This document shows positions 1-14,375 of a stretch of 64,000 nt of DNA, piece by piece. The number at the start of each line of letters is the position of its first letter. Within the stretch, counting starts at the first letter, position 1. The notes under the pieces are model-generated. The model did not search any database and was not told the DNA's origin. It saw only the letters and a list, made by a program, of their open reading frames with translations. The position numbers and the translations under genes are program-made. Where the stretch lies: contig JBNRSN020000003.1 in assembly GCA_051313645.2 (NCBI GenBank), positions 234,794,001 to 234,858,000 of the forward strand. The letters run 5' to 3'. The DNA is from Centroscyllium fabricii. Its lineage: Eukaryota.

Positions 1-3000
1 GAAAATTTGATTCAATGTGAATTTCTGTCTGTTGGCCAACATAAACTGAAGCTATCTTTTTTTTAAAAGGGTAATAATGAAATATCTAAATCAGGAGGTA
101 TGTACCCATTATCTGATCTGATCAATGCATTATGCTACTCCTCGGAAATGACTAGCTGAATTTTTAAAACTAGGTTGAAAACTGGACAGTGCAAACAATG
201 GAGCCGCAATGGCATTTTTTTCTCAGCGCATTCAAAACATAAAACTATTAGCTAAATGACCCCTGTAAATATTTTCATTCTATGGTTGTCAGAATGTTTA
301 CATTATCTTGGTTTTAACTAGTTGCTGTGCATTTTGTTTTAAAGATAGTCTTTTAAACTCTTTACTGCAAAATATATATTGGTTCCTTGAGCTCATATGA
401 AATGTGCATTCCAATTCTTGTTTTAAATGATATTTCATTGTCCATTTAAAATAATTCAGCTCATTGTATCAGAATTAAAAATGGACATTAATGACTCAAT
501 GTCATGGTAATTGTGAAATTGCTTTATAAGGAAGTAACGCTCCAAATTACAAGAAAATGCTTGTTAATACTAGTTTAGGTCCTGCTCTGCCATCCTATGT
601 GGAAGTTCATTTTTCAGTTTCACAGTTTGCTAGTTATTGCTCGCAGAGCTGTGAATCATTGCTATAGAGTAGCTTGGGGATTCTGCTAAAATCTAGGACA
701 CACAAATGGTAAAATTTGAGTAATGTAAAGTATGTTTTAGGACTTGCCTTCAAAAATCCTTAGAGTAATTACTCATTACCTTGTTTAATCATTTGTAAAT
801 TGGAGCTTTTTGTAGTGATTTAGAACATGATCTAATACAAAACAGAGAATAGATTATTTAGAATATTCAAATTCCTGTTATGCATTGCATAGACATAAGT
901 CAGAAAGACAGCACTAAAATGCTAGATGAGAATTAAAATACGTGCCTTTGATTAAATATTTAGCAATACAAAGTTTCAGAAATATGAATTGGCGCAAAGC
1001 AGCATACAAAGTGATTAATTCAAGTGATTTGTTCAAGTTTATAATGCTGCTAGTGCGCTGAATGGCTGGAGAGCTCCATCAGGCTATGTGAATAGGCAAA
1101 AGGACCCAGGGGAAGCCTTTGGTCGCTCCTTTGGCGCATGTGCAGCTCACTCCCATCGAGGCAGGAGAGGAGGTTTTCAGCTGGAGCTTTGATTGGAGTT
1201 TAAAGTCATTTGACATTTCCAGCACTTTCTGCCAAATGACACTGGTCCCTGCAGAACATGTGCCCTATCCCTCCATTCTTTAGGTGTGCAAAGAGTTTAA
1301 GTGTGAAAATTGTAAAATGAACTAGGCCAGCATTCAAGCATTTTAATTGATGGTGTTGACTTCATCAGTTAATCTCCAGACAAATCAAAAATGGTTCACA
1401 TTGTTTTTTACAGTTATATATTAGTCAAGAAAATGCAGAAATGGCCAATGAAATATTTGTTGATTTAAATGGACTTTAATTTTCCGGCATTAGACGAAAG
1501 TGAAAGAAAAATTGGTATCTGTCCTTCAGTCACTTACTTTCTAAGACTTGATTTTTAAAGGAATGGACAGTGTGATGGTTACATTGAAACAATCCGCTAG
1601 GTTGTGGAGTCCTTTTTATATTGAGCTCTAAATGTTGTACATGTATTTGTAATCGCAAATGTAACTAGTCAGATTTTGAAATATTACAGGCTTACTTTTG
1701 AAAACTATCATAAAGGAAAGAAATCACCTCGACACGATGAAGGCTGAGGATGACTGACAGCACTAAGTGAATAGGAGCTTTCCATGCAATTGTGAACCAG
1801 GGCGGTGGGGGGAAAATCTAAAGGAAAATGAATTTTCAAACCAAAAAGCTTCAAAGCAGAGTGATTTTTATTTGTGATAGTTTTGAAATCCATCTTATGA
1901 AACTGAAGCACTGAAATGAAAAGTTGCGTTCTCCAGTGCATAAATCAACTCTGCCTTTTATCAAGCTGTATTGATGACCCTGATTTTAAAGCATTTTACT
2001 TTCCAATGACAATGTTAAAAAGCTGAATCGAAATAAAGATTTCCCCCCTTTAGTTTCTGTGCCTTTGTTGTCAGTGGTGTTCATTTATTAAAAACGTTCG
2101 ATCAGAAAACGGAGTAATTTGTTGACATGAGACATGACTCAATCTTTGAATAGAACAATCATTGGAACTCAGAAGGCCTCATGTGAAATATAATGGCAGA
2201 TTCAAGTGGTTAGTATCACAGTAGAATAACCATTTATCTTCGTTTCTAGCCTAGAAATACCTTTAAGTCGAAAGTGCTCTCGAAATCACAATTCTTTCAA
2301 CAAAAAGCCGAATCTTTATTATGATGATTTCTGGCATTTTTATTTAATTTCCCAATTGAATTAACTAGCAAGTCGGTTTTAAGAAGATGAGTAAGACTTC
2401 ACAGTTGATAAATTTGCTGGACCTTGGTGTCGCAAGTCAGTTGGAAGAGTTCATGCTATCAGGTTACGTCCTGAATTTGAAGCCAAGTTGCTCATGTTCA
2501 ACAGGAAGTTCGTAGGCGGGAGACCAATATTCAGCGCAAGAGTTCAAAACAGTCGTTTCTTAATTATGCTTTCAAATTACTAAGCATTCGAGTCTTTGTG
2601 AGACCCAGAAAAATACCATTCTATTGATTGCTTAGCCCAGGCCCATCGCATGGCTAACTCCAGACAGAGTGAAATTTAGTCTGGAAGATGGAAGCAGGAA
2701 AAGTGAGATCACCTGAACATTCAGATATCCGGACTGAAAATGAAAACGGCTTGGCACTTTCAGGCAGTGTTATCAGTTGGGATTATTGAAACGAAAGTTC
2801 ATTTAACTCAATTATTTCTTAACCTCAGTGCCGGGATTGCTTTCAAACCCAGTAATCCCTCTTGGTTGTTTGGTGCAAAAGGGGAACAAAGCCTTCGAGT
2901 CCTTTCTTCCTTTTACCCTAGTAAGACATCTGGGAAAAGAAGAAAATACTGTTTAGGTTCAAAGTATAATTCACAGGAAAGGACGCGGACCTTCGTTTAT

Positions 3001-6000
3001 ATGCAATGTTAAAGTTGCCTCCATTTGAAATTGAACCAACGTTCATTTTTACTTCCAAGAGGTTTTGATATTGGGTTTGATACAATTGAAAACCGATGTC
3101 TCTGAAGAAATAAAATGTGGTCTGGAGTGTTATGTCCTTAACTCATGAAAGGTGATGAAAGCACTACCTCGAATTCAACGCTGAGAAAAACGCGTGTCTT
3201 TTAGAAATGTGATGGGGATTCCTGATTCTGGCTCAAAACACAGGCAATATTCCAAATACGTTTTCTTTATGCACGCAAAAATAAAATAATACCTTTCAGT
3301 TTTGATTTTGAAATTAACTACACACAATGAGGCGAGAATCTCGCCCACTCATTTCCTACCTGTCCAGAAGGGTCAGGCTGAGCAGACCAGCCTTCTCGCT
3401 TTTCTGTATTTTAACACCCCAGGACTTCGGAATTGTGTCATGAAATCTGGATTGTCAGCATCGGCAAAATTGCAGAGTTAATTAATATAAGTAGGTTTGT
3501 TTCTTGAGAGAATCTCCCAGCTATTTCGCAATGTTGGTTGTTAAGGCGGAGACACAAAAGAGCAAGGTGCTGGCAACAAATGTTGACAGAGTTTGAGGTT
3601 TCAGTAGGGGACCATCTCTCGATGCAGTCCTGCTGCATCTAACAGGAACTGGAGATATCCTTCTGGAGCAAATATAAGTTTTGAATAGAACCAGAACCAT
3701 TGTCTACCTTACTTTCCATATACCTGAAATTAAGTAAGCATCGTTTATTGTAAGAAAAGGTTAAGGATCCATTCCATCGCCCGCAAAGCTCTGATAGTAC
3801 GGTCTACTTCAGGACGGGAGAACCTTTGACCCATATCAATATGCAATGACCTATAGGCCTGAAGCAGTATGCCAGAACTCAATCACCTATATGAATATGA
3901 ATTAACTTATAGCTATTGATTTCCAGCTATACTGTCCATATAACACAATCTATAGCAATAAATGAAGGAGTATTCTGCCCCTGTAAAAATGATTTCCCCT
4001 GAATAGCTTATGTGTCCGGTCAATACCATTATTAAATTCTGTTATTTGGTAATTTAACTCATCCTGTCATGATGCATGGGCAACCTGTTCAAATCTGGTG
4101 GACATCATGTCAGTCCGCCGCGTTAGGGTAAAATTAGCGTCAATAATTGTGAAGATAGGAACTAGTTAAAAAAAATAACAACTACAAATAATAAAAAACG
4201 TGTGCACTCTCTAAACTTACAAAGGATACGTTGCCGTTCTATTATGAGCATGTTTTTACTGAACTGTTCTCAGGTGTTAGTTTATTGTAGAAAATAGGAC
4301 AGGATAAAAACTTGGTAGCATAAAAGCTATGGCACAATAAGGGATAAATACTCGCCTTCTGTGAAATCTCTATTACCCTGTATTACTAACAAGGGTAGAA
4401 TTATTTTTGTACCAACATAAAAACACGATAGCAAAAAAGCTAGCTTCTGACAGGAAACTAACATAAATGGCCTTCGTGAGTAATAACATTAAGAAATTAT
4501 GAGGCACATCTTAGAGTTCAGATGTCGTAACTGTGGTACTTTATAAATTTATTGGCGCTATTTAATAATTCTCTGCTAATCATTACTTTATATGTGCCAG
4601 TGAGGTATAATCCATAGGTCCATATCACTTGTTGGAAGTGGTCAAATGCATTCACATGGATTGGCAGCTTCTGTGTGATACTTAAGGAATATTTAAAATT
4701 AATTAAAATGATTGTTAAATACGTGCCACCTTTATTGAGAACGTGAAGGATAATAATGGATAGTGGCCCTCGTGCCTTGTGCCAGTAAAAATCGTCGACG
4801 TGAGAATTATCAAGATTGTTTATTACATGGTAGACAAAATGTTGTATCCGATTGCAGACCGAGCTGTCTTTATAAAGGAACACTAATGAAATCGCTCCGA
4901 TAAACAATCAGGACAGTTAAAAATACAAAAAAATAGTTTAATGTACCTCTGATTGATTGACAGATACGACTGAAGCACACGGTAAAAGTCCTAGCAGACC
5001 TTCCAGTAGCAATTATGCCATATGTCTAAATGATATTAACGTTTGTGATTTTAACATATATTTTTATAGGCGAAAACTTCACCTTTTAAATTCAACCTTT
5101 TTAGTGCTAGCACTCTTCGTGTTTGTGAGTTTATTCACTAGATCAGTGACAGCTCTTTATTTGCATAATTATATGCTATAGTCTGAAGTGAAAACTAACC
5201 TCCAAATTTCATGGGTCACCAAGCTGCAACAATCAATGTTTTATCACGTATGCTAAGGAAAATCTAAGAAGCTATATAAAGTTTCTTAGGGATTTGTTTT
5301 TTCTCTGTCTCTCGGAGAGAAAAAAGAATATTTGTGTCTCTTCAAGAGATGTAGAAACCTTTACATCGCTTCTTAGTAACTGAAATCTATTAGTCGGTAA
5401 TAATGGAGATTAAAATGTACGTGGGGATTTCAGTCTTTTTACTTTTACTTCAAAGTAATTCCGTAAAATACGATTCCTAGTATAAACCAGCTAACAGTTT
5501 ACACCAGAGGCAGTCGGGTTTAATGCATTATTTCGTACAAACTAATTCGATGAATGATTTTAACTACAGATGTACTTTATAATGAAATAAAGTCGATGTA
5601 TATTTTATACATTATACACAATTCCAAATATATTCTCAAACCAAAATCAGAATATTCTTTATATAATAATTTTAACAGTATGTTCGTTTGTCAACCTGCT
5701 TTAAATATTGGTGGAACGGCCAAATTATTAATTGATATTGACCTTATGTGCTTGGTTTAGTTTTGTATTTTCAATAAACATTTTCTTTGAACATGCTCAT
5801 TTATTGAGTACAGCTCCTAAAACACGATTACATTCATTTGGATTTTTTTTCTTTCATCTCACAAGGATTGAATTATCCTTGTAATTTGAGGAAATGTGAA
5901 ACATATAATTTTAAATATACAAGTTTTTAAAAAGAAAACTACAGTTTATTTCAATTTCTTAAACTTGCCTGTTAGTATCCGCGCTCAGGAAAAAAAGGTA

Positions 6001-9000
6001 CAGGTTCAGTATTTTGAAATAAAATAAAACTTAACATTACAAATCTTAAAGAGTAAAATACTATTGTAATATGTAGAAATAAGCGAGACTCCCCTCCACC
6101 ACCTCGAACTATCATCGCCATCATATATAAAAATAAATCCTTTGTAAATACAGTTTCTTTTTAAAGAAGCGTGAAGAGCACTACATTTTACACACTTTAA
6201 TATACAGAATAGTTTATGTATTTTCGAAAAAAAAATTGATTTGGTATATTTCTATCAAAAGCCCTTTCTTTGTCCATACCTATGCAGCTGTGCGCCTCTC
6301 ACACACACCAGTAGAGTTTTCAGGTGTGACTGAACATCTTAGGGTTCTTTTCTCATTCAAGTCAAGTGTAAATGTGTTCAAACTTTAGCTTTTTGGTGAC
6401 GTTGCAGAATAAATCGGCAGGTCACTTTCCCTGAAATTGATCAACGACATACAGTAAATGCCAGGCTTCCGTTTTGGACTACCTGATCAACCTTATTCCT
6501 GGTTGATGCGCAATGGATAGTCGATCAACAGCTGTTCTCACCCTCGTTGACACATCAGCAGAAGGCCAGTTTACGTTATTTTCAAAAGTACTATGCAGCT
6601 TGTATCTGGAAGCGACCCCGAATAACTACGCCACATTCCCATCAACGCGCCCGTTTATATGGAAAAGGTATTTCCCAATAGAAACATATTTTAAAAACTC
6701 ACAGATGTCCAAAATCCTCCCTTTTTAATAGTTCAAATACATTTAGTATCTCGATACTGTTATCATCTACACTGTGTGAAATGTCACAATTACAAAAAAA
6801 AAATGCACAGGGCACGCGGTCGGGAGCTGCCCAATGTTGGATAGAAGTTATCGTGTAACGCATTTATGTGGCTCTGAGATGCGGTGTTGTTAAGGATTAT
6901 AGAATGTGACTTTACAGCTTTAGCCAAAGGACATTTGTTGGTTACTGGCTGTTGCTGTGCAGGTAGACTGATAAAGTGTTGGAAGGTCACTTGCTTCTAA
7001 AACGTGTGGGCTGATGCTTCATGCAGTTCCTGCTCTTCCCCCTCCCCTCCCCCGCCCCAGTCCTTCCTGGAGCTCAGGTGTTTGCTGCTGTGTTGCTCGA
7101 CTGCACTCCAGACTTGGTAATTAGCTCCACCGCCACCTTCTCTTCCCTTTCAGGCGGTTCAGCTCTCACCTGAGTGGGAAGTTTTTGTCTCGGTGCCAAT
7201 ACTGAGAAATATCCGCACAGCTTCCACCTTGTTACTGTCCCACTGACTGTGTTTTCAGGTTGGTTTTATCTCACACTCAAAGCAGAGTGCAAGTTTCCCC
7301 AACCCATTTGATTTGCACTGAACGAACTTCTTTTCACAACACTGAATTGAAACGTCATCCACAAGCCATTAATGCAGACTCCGAAGAACCACAAACACCA
7401 ATGAGAATGACTTTTTGCCTAGTAGTCTAAGCCAGTTTCTCGCTAAATTGTAGCAAAATGAGTTACATTCGCTCCAATGTATACGGGATTTCAAACTAAA
7501 CCTTTAGTTAAAATTAAAATGATCTAACTCTGGTCGCCTTCAGGGTCGCTGATGTCAACCTAACGTGCGCCAACTCCCTTCGAATAGTCCTGTCCTGTTC
7601 CATCTACACATCGACTTCCTACAGGCTACTGGGAGGGAGCTTTCAAAGCAGAATTGGATAAATGGACGGTGTGTTTAACTCACAGTGGTCTCTGAAAAAA
7701 ACATAGGTTAAAATATCCATGAGTCCATAGAATTTTGGTGCACAGGTGTCATTGTCCTCGAAAAGCTCATCTTGAAACTAAATAAATTTCAGCTACTGGG
7801 GATGTTTTTACCAGACTTTATTAGAGGGACAGGTTAACTACATAAATAGGGCTCACACTTCCTTTGCGCTCATCATGAGAGATGGAAATTTAATGCGAAA
7901 ACAATAGAGGGCAATGGAGATTGGGAGCTGGAGGGCTCAGTGAGGTTTACCTTCCGGACCCTTGTCCCTCCTAGTCCAAGAGCTCCGGTTATTTACAGCC
8001 ATATAATTAGTCAATTGAATTGACTTTACTAAACTCCAACTCATTTGAAGCACATCTTATTTATTGTAGCATAAATGGATACATTTTTAAAATTAAAATA
8101 TGTTTTCCTTTTAAGCTTATATTTGTCACTTCTGCTTTTGGCCAGTATTTTTAAACTCTGCTATACCGCCGGCAGCAGTATGTGAAGTTTTGCCACGTTC
8201 AGTGCACTTGTTTTAATATCTGGAGTGATGACCAAAGTACCAAGAAGTATTGATTGTATTTTTTCATTTACTCTGTCACATCTCACATGGCACAGTATAC
8301 AGAAGATATAGTGACAACAATTAAACTGGAGCACTAGATAGATACATACATTTATATATGTATGAACATTAAATATAAATGCTTTAAATATTATATAGGA
8401 CAGCAAGCCCTATTTCCATTAAAGTTGCGCTGCTTTACGCTGACCGTTCGTGCGCCAACTTATTGCCGTTTAAAATAAAAAGTTTAAATGTGCCCATTTT
8501 CTAGAATAGGGAATGAGTGCCCCAATTGTATTACTTATTATGCTCACTGAATGTGATTATTTACTGTCTTGTTAGATTAGATATTTTGCACGGAACATAA
8601 TCTGTAAAATACATATTTTCACAGCACTAATCAAATGAAATTTGAAAGTTAGAAACTATATTATAGTTGTTTAGTGTAGTTTAATTCATAAAACAATGTT
8701 TTAATGACTCCTGATGCGCCAAACAGATATATATACATGTTAGGTACGGGAGTCGATAATAAATGACATTCAGTGAAAACTGAAAGAAAACTCATGTCAA
8801 AAAAGGAACATTGAATGTGAAATTATAATACATATTTGAGAATATTGTTGTAAAATAACACATTAGAAGAAAGTATATTTCATCACACGCAGATCGCATT
8901 TATCTAAAAATTAAATGCTGTATTTCAAATAAAAATATTTAACCTGTTGTCAGCTGTCGGAAACAGAAAACCTTAGGAGGTGTTGACAAATGGAAACATT

Positions 9001-9144
9001 AAAGAGTGGTGCGCCATGTACCATGTACTTGTTTACAACGCAGGGGTGTGCATGCCTTTGAATTTGGGAGTGAAAGTGGGGAGAATGCTGAGTCAAACAC
9101 CGCTCAGTTAATGCGATCTCAGGCACTGAAGGCTCGGTGAGTAG

Positions 9145-9165
9145 CACAGCACCATGGACAGCGCA
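9145..9165 (+). promoter_or_regulatory. REST/NRSF binding site (RE1/NRSE)
   Basis: CACAGCACCATGGACAGCGCA matches the RE1 consensus TTCAGCACC(A/G)(C/T)GGACAGCGCC at 18 contiguous positions with the canonical 2-nt spacer. Confidence 0.85.
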
Positions 9166-12100
9166 GTGCAGCACCGTCCGACACTTTCCACAGATCTCTC
9201 GCCAAACACCAGGAAAGCGAAAAAAATAAGCCATTTACAGCATAGCATTTTTAAGAAGGGACAGAAACAAATTATATTTACAATTCCTAGAACTTCTTTA
9301 TTAAGTTCCTCACCTGAAGTTTAAATAAATATATAGTGTAATTTAGAATACATATATGTTCCTCATATATACGTACATACTTTAAGTGGCATATTTCTCT
9401 ACATTCTGCCATTGTGTCCCATTGGTCTTGTAGCCCTCGCTAGTTATATGTTTATTTTTATAACTGTTTTTGTGTTTTGATTTGCTGCTTATTTTATTTA
9501 TTTTCAGCAGTCTGATTCCACTGATTTCCTCACTTCACACCCATCCACACCAACTACTCCCTTTGTCTCCCTTCTCTCTGTTTATTTTCTTAATTATTGA
9601 AGTCTATTGTATTTTAATATTCTGGACTACTTGTCTATATCATCTGTCTGATGTACATTTCTGCCTTTTCTTTTTTTGATATTACTTGTCTTTCTTGGAC
9701 GTTCAATCTTCACTGCGTTTTCCAAAGGATTTCGAACCAAGGGTTTTATTGTTGATTGCAATTTATTGCCTTTCAAATGCCAACAGAAGCTGTAAATTGA
9801 AAATAGGTATTTCAGTCCCTAAAGTATTATTGGGATTTATTACATATTTTTAAAAAAGTTTTAAAAGAAAACTTTAGTCCCGGTGAGCTTGCTTGATCCA
9901 GAAATTAGGTATCTGTTGAATTACACCTGGAATTTGTGAGCGGATTTACTTTGGGGCTGGAGCTGTTTGATGGGAGTTGCAGCTTCCCGACAGCTTGTTA
10001 ATTAAAGCCCCCTGGAGATGAGCCTCTGGAGCCACCGTCCGTATCAAGCCAGTGCTAAATATCCAGATCCTGACAGCAACCCAGCAAGATTCAACAGTAA
10101 AATAAAAACAAAACAAAAATGCCTAATCTATTCCCCCTTTCCGCTTTCTCTTCCTTAATCCCAATTCCCACCCAGCTTCTTCAGCCACCCCATATTCCTT
10201 TAACACTTAGAATCTATATATAAAGTAGGAACCGGCAATCTTCAAACCGTTTTGTCTTACACTCTTCTAAATGTAAACATCTTGCGTTCAAGATTACAAT
10301 ACAAACTTGTAAATGCATTTTGCTTTCCCGAACCTAGAATTGTTCATAATTGTCTACGCATTTCTTTTTAAACCATGCAAAAGGTTCTGACACATTGAGC
10401 AGCACCGTACATCAATTCGTTGTAATATATATATATACACACATATATATACATTGACCTGTTGAATTGCGTGTGTTTAATCATTTCATACAATTCTTCA
10501 GCTGAATTGATTATTTGAACTGCAGGATGGTCGCACCACGCTCTGAAATCCTTGTTTCTTACACATTGAACAGATCAGTATTTCACCCCCACCCCCACAT
10601 AAAAATATTCATTCCAGAACATTCGGATAAAATTTCACTGGCTTTAGTAATTTGAACATTTATATGATTATTTATTTTAACTTTTCAACAGACACATCGT
10701 CCTGTTTATTTCCTCGGTGATTAGCCATTTCAAATAGCAAGCCTTCTTTCTGCTATTGACCTCAGATCTTGCTGCACAAGCTCTGGCTGGAGACAGCCTT
10801 GTCATGTGTCCACTGAACCTGGTTAAACCCTTTTCACCTGGGCACTTTTTCTCTTGCAACCCTTCAAAGTCATCCCTAAATGGCTCTTGTTCTGTGTAGA
10901 TCATTTGTCAACGTCAAAGATGGACTTGCCTCTATTTACTGAAAGTAAACTGCCCAGTATATGGTGATGCTATACAGGGAAAGGCTTCCTTGATACTTTC
11001 GTGGAAATCAATATCATATCCCAAATCTTTACCAAGTATATGAACCGCTTTCAAAACTATTGAATTTATGAAAAGTAATACTTCTTTCATCGATTGTGAT
11101 TCTTAAATTCGAGAAACTGAACATGTCGTCTCAACATCTATATTAGAATAACCTCTAAAGAAATCATTCAACTCAAGTTAGTCTAATGTCAAAAATAAAC
11201 CAAAATATACGTCCCTTTCAAGGTAATATTATCCGTCCAATAAAATGCACATTTTATAGCATAAAACAGGCCGAAGCAGGTTATGGCATGTTACCGTCTG
11301 ATAATCGCGTTACATAACGGGTATTTCTACTCTTTGATGTGGATAATGACAATGGAACAAACTGGGTTCTAATAACTGATAACATCAATCTTAAGATGTT
11401 ACCGTTTGATCTCAGACAGAAAATTCACGTGTAAATTGGAAAGAATATTCTCCTCATTAATATAACACTGATTTTGGTGCTCCTAATGCTATTCGGAGCA
11501 GCTTTTATTTTACATAGCTTAATTTTACAATGCATATTAATTATAGTTTGCCTAACTTTAACTTCGATAGATAATTTTCTGTGAGAATTGAGCACAAATG
11601 GTGTCATACCGATGACTAAAGAGCCACGTAACAAACATCCGTTAATAGTTTGTTTTTGTACATTTTATATTATGATACTTGGAATTTCTAAATGCAATAT
11701 TAATAAAGGATAAGTTTTTCAAACTTTTGTCAAACTCCTTTTAGATTCATTGCCTTCCCAAATATCCCAAATCTATTTAGTTCATTTGTGCACACAATCG
11801 ATAGATTGAACCACTTTGCTTTGGAGCTAACCCATCGAATTCGTCGCTTTAGTGACACAAAGCAGCCAACATAATTTCAAATAATTGTGCGCTGGAAGTG
11901 GATGGAAAAGCAAATAACAACGTTTACATATTTCTTATTTTTGTTGAAATGTTATAACTGAAGATTTGATCCATTTATTTGTGGATAATAATAGTGTTAA
12001 CGCCGTTTGCACTCTGGCAAGACAAATAAGGGAAATTGTCATTCAATATCTCAGAATGGATTAAAAATCTATATTGAATTAATAGAGCTCGTCAATTTTT

Positions 12101-13830
12101 TATGTTAATATTAATTAAGATATCTGAAATATATTATATAAATAATTTTATAACTAACAATAACTTTAACCCTTGGCGTCTTTTAACAGGACATTTAATC
12201 ATCCAATAAATCGAATTAACTTTGTGTTTACTTTGCTGTCCATGCAGTTGGCAGTTGCTGTGGGAGGAAGGCCCCGCGTGCAGGTGTGCAGTGGCCGCGA
12301 TCCAGGCTCCACTCCCCGGCCGCTGCGGTGCGAGGTTGTAGGCGCGACTGCGCTTCTGCTGCGGCTCGCCCTGCACTCTGCTGTGGCTTTCAGTGCCACC
12401 TCGTTAACATTGGAGCTGCTGACGGTTGGGTATTGTTTCCCGTTTCACGACAGTTAACGAGAAGCAAGTGTAAAATTAGGAATGAAATATAAAATGGGCA
12501 TTAAAAAGAATACGTTTAAAAGATGTGGTGTATCTGCGAATATCCCGTTACCTCACCTTCTATAGGACAATTCGGCATGATTGTAAAAATAACCGGCGCT
12601 ACCTTTTTATTTCGCACAAAATACCTCTCTATATTATCAAGCACATTAAGCGGATTAATTAAAGCAGTTTTAAAGTTAGATTGATTGTAAATTCATTGAA
12701 ACGGTTTATAATGTCCCGTTCTGCCATGACTTACTTATAAAAGACACAAATAGGGGTCCCAGAATTATATTTATAAAATGTAGCCGATCTGTACTTAACA
12801 TTTACTTTTTCTGAAACATTCTGTTTAATATGTTTTATTAACAATATACGGTGGTTTGTTTGCGAAAATGACACAATCCCCCTGTAGCCCGTGTATACAG
12901 TAACTATAGCCGCTAACGTGGGAGTTGGTCATTTTCTCTGACCCTAGAATATGGTTTGCATTTACTTCAAACTGAAACTCGCTGCCATTTATTTGCCTGT
13001 TCTTTTCCAGGTTCAGGAGAACACCCGACGCGAAAAGACTAATTCTGCGATCTTTATTCAAAGCTTCATTTGATATTACAAATCGAATTTTTCTGCCAGA
13101 TCGATAAATACAATTAGTTCCTGCAACCCCCTGGCAAATCACTTTTACCAAAATCTGATGCATTTCTGTACGGGAAGCTACTTCCATGTTTATCAATTGC
13201 AAACAAATAATGTATTTAGCACTCGATTGGGCAGCATTGGCTGACTCTCGAGAAAGTTCCAGTGCAATTACAATTAGACTGAGCTCACGGTTAAACGCTC
13301 AATAACTAACCTCCCCGAGCTCGAACGGGACGGTACTGCAGTGTTACTGCCCAATAAGTCACAGGTTGTTTGAGATTTTAAGTGGGCAATTGAAAGACAA
13401 AATATCTAAGAGATGAAAATGATTTATAATAAATGTAGAAGTGTTTCATTTCAATAGCATTTCATGCTCATAGATATAAAGTGGATCATATACAAGTATG
13501 CTTATTGTTTAAGATATTTTTGTCCATTGTGAATCAGATGTGCCAATAAAGTCTCAAGTGCCTACAGCTACAGATGTTTTTTTTTTAAGTGTGAAATCTA
13601 ATATAGCGAAACAATTATTGAGCCAGAAACTCATTGTGAGCTACATCGACTGTGTATTTGGGGGGGAAATCAAACGCGATGTAACGAACTGGACAGCGTG
13701 ATTGCATTAAAATCAAAAACACCTGGACAGCTGGGCATGTGCGTCAAAGTGTTTAAAATAAATCTTAAAGCAAAACAGTTTGAAACAATTTTCCGTCTAT
13801 TCGTGCGGCTGGCGTTGTGCTCTCGAAATA

Positions 13831-13846
13831 CAGCGCCATCTAGCTC
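13831..13846 (-). promoter_or_regulatory. CTCF-like motif
   Basis: Reverse complement GAGCTAGATGGCGCTG versus the CTCF core CCACTAGATGGCGCTG. Confidence 0.45.
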
Positions 13847-14094
13847 ACAAGATCCGCAACTACACCGCAGCACCGGGGGACGCGGACTTCAAACCGAGAC
13901 CAGGAAAAGAACAGTCGTTGAAGATCACAGCACTGCACATTTAGACAAACAGGCTATCAACTATGAAAATACTACATGGAAATACAGCAATGGAATGCAT
14001 AGACACAAACATCTAGTGCTTAAAAATATTTAAACAAATACGATCTTTCGAAAAGTTAATCATAGGCATCCAGTTATGTACGATATTTATGTAA

Positions 14095-14375
14095 NNNNNN
14101 NNNNNNNNNNNNNNNNNNNNNNNNNNNNNNNNNNNNNNNNNNNNNNNNNNNNNNNNNNNNNNNNNNNNNNNNNNNNNNNNNNNNNNNNNNNNNNNNNNNN
14201 NNNNNNNNNNNNNNNNNNNNNNNNNNNNNNNNNNNNNNNNNNNNNNNNNNNNNNNNNNNNNNNNNNNNNNNNNNNNNNNNNNNNNNNNNNNNNNNNNNNN
14301 NNNNNNNNNNNNNNNNNNNNNNNNNNNNNNNNNNNNNNNNNNNNNNNNNNNNNNNNNNNNNNNNNNNNNNNNNNN
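14095..14375. other. Assembly gap (N run)
   Basis: 281 N. Confidence 1.
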
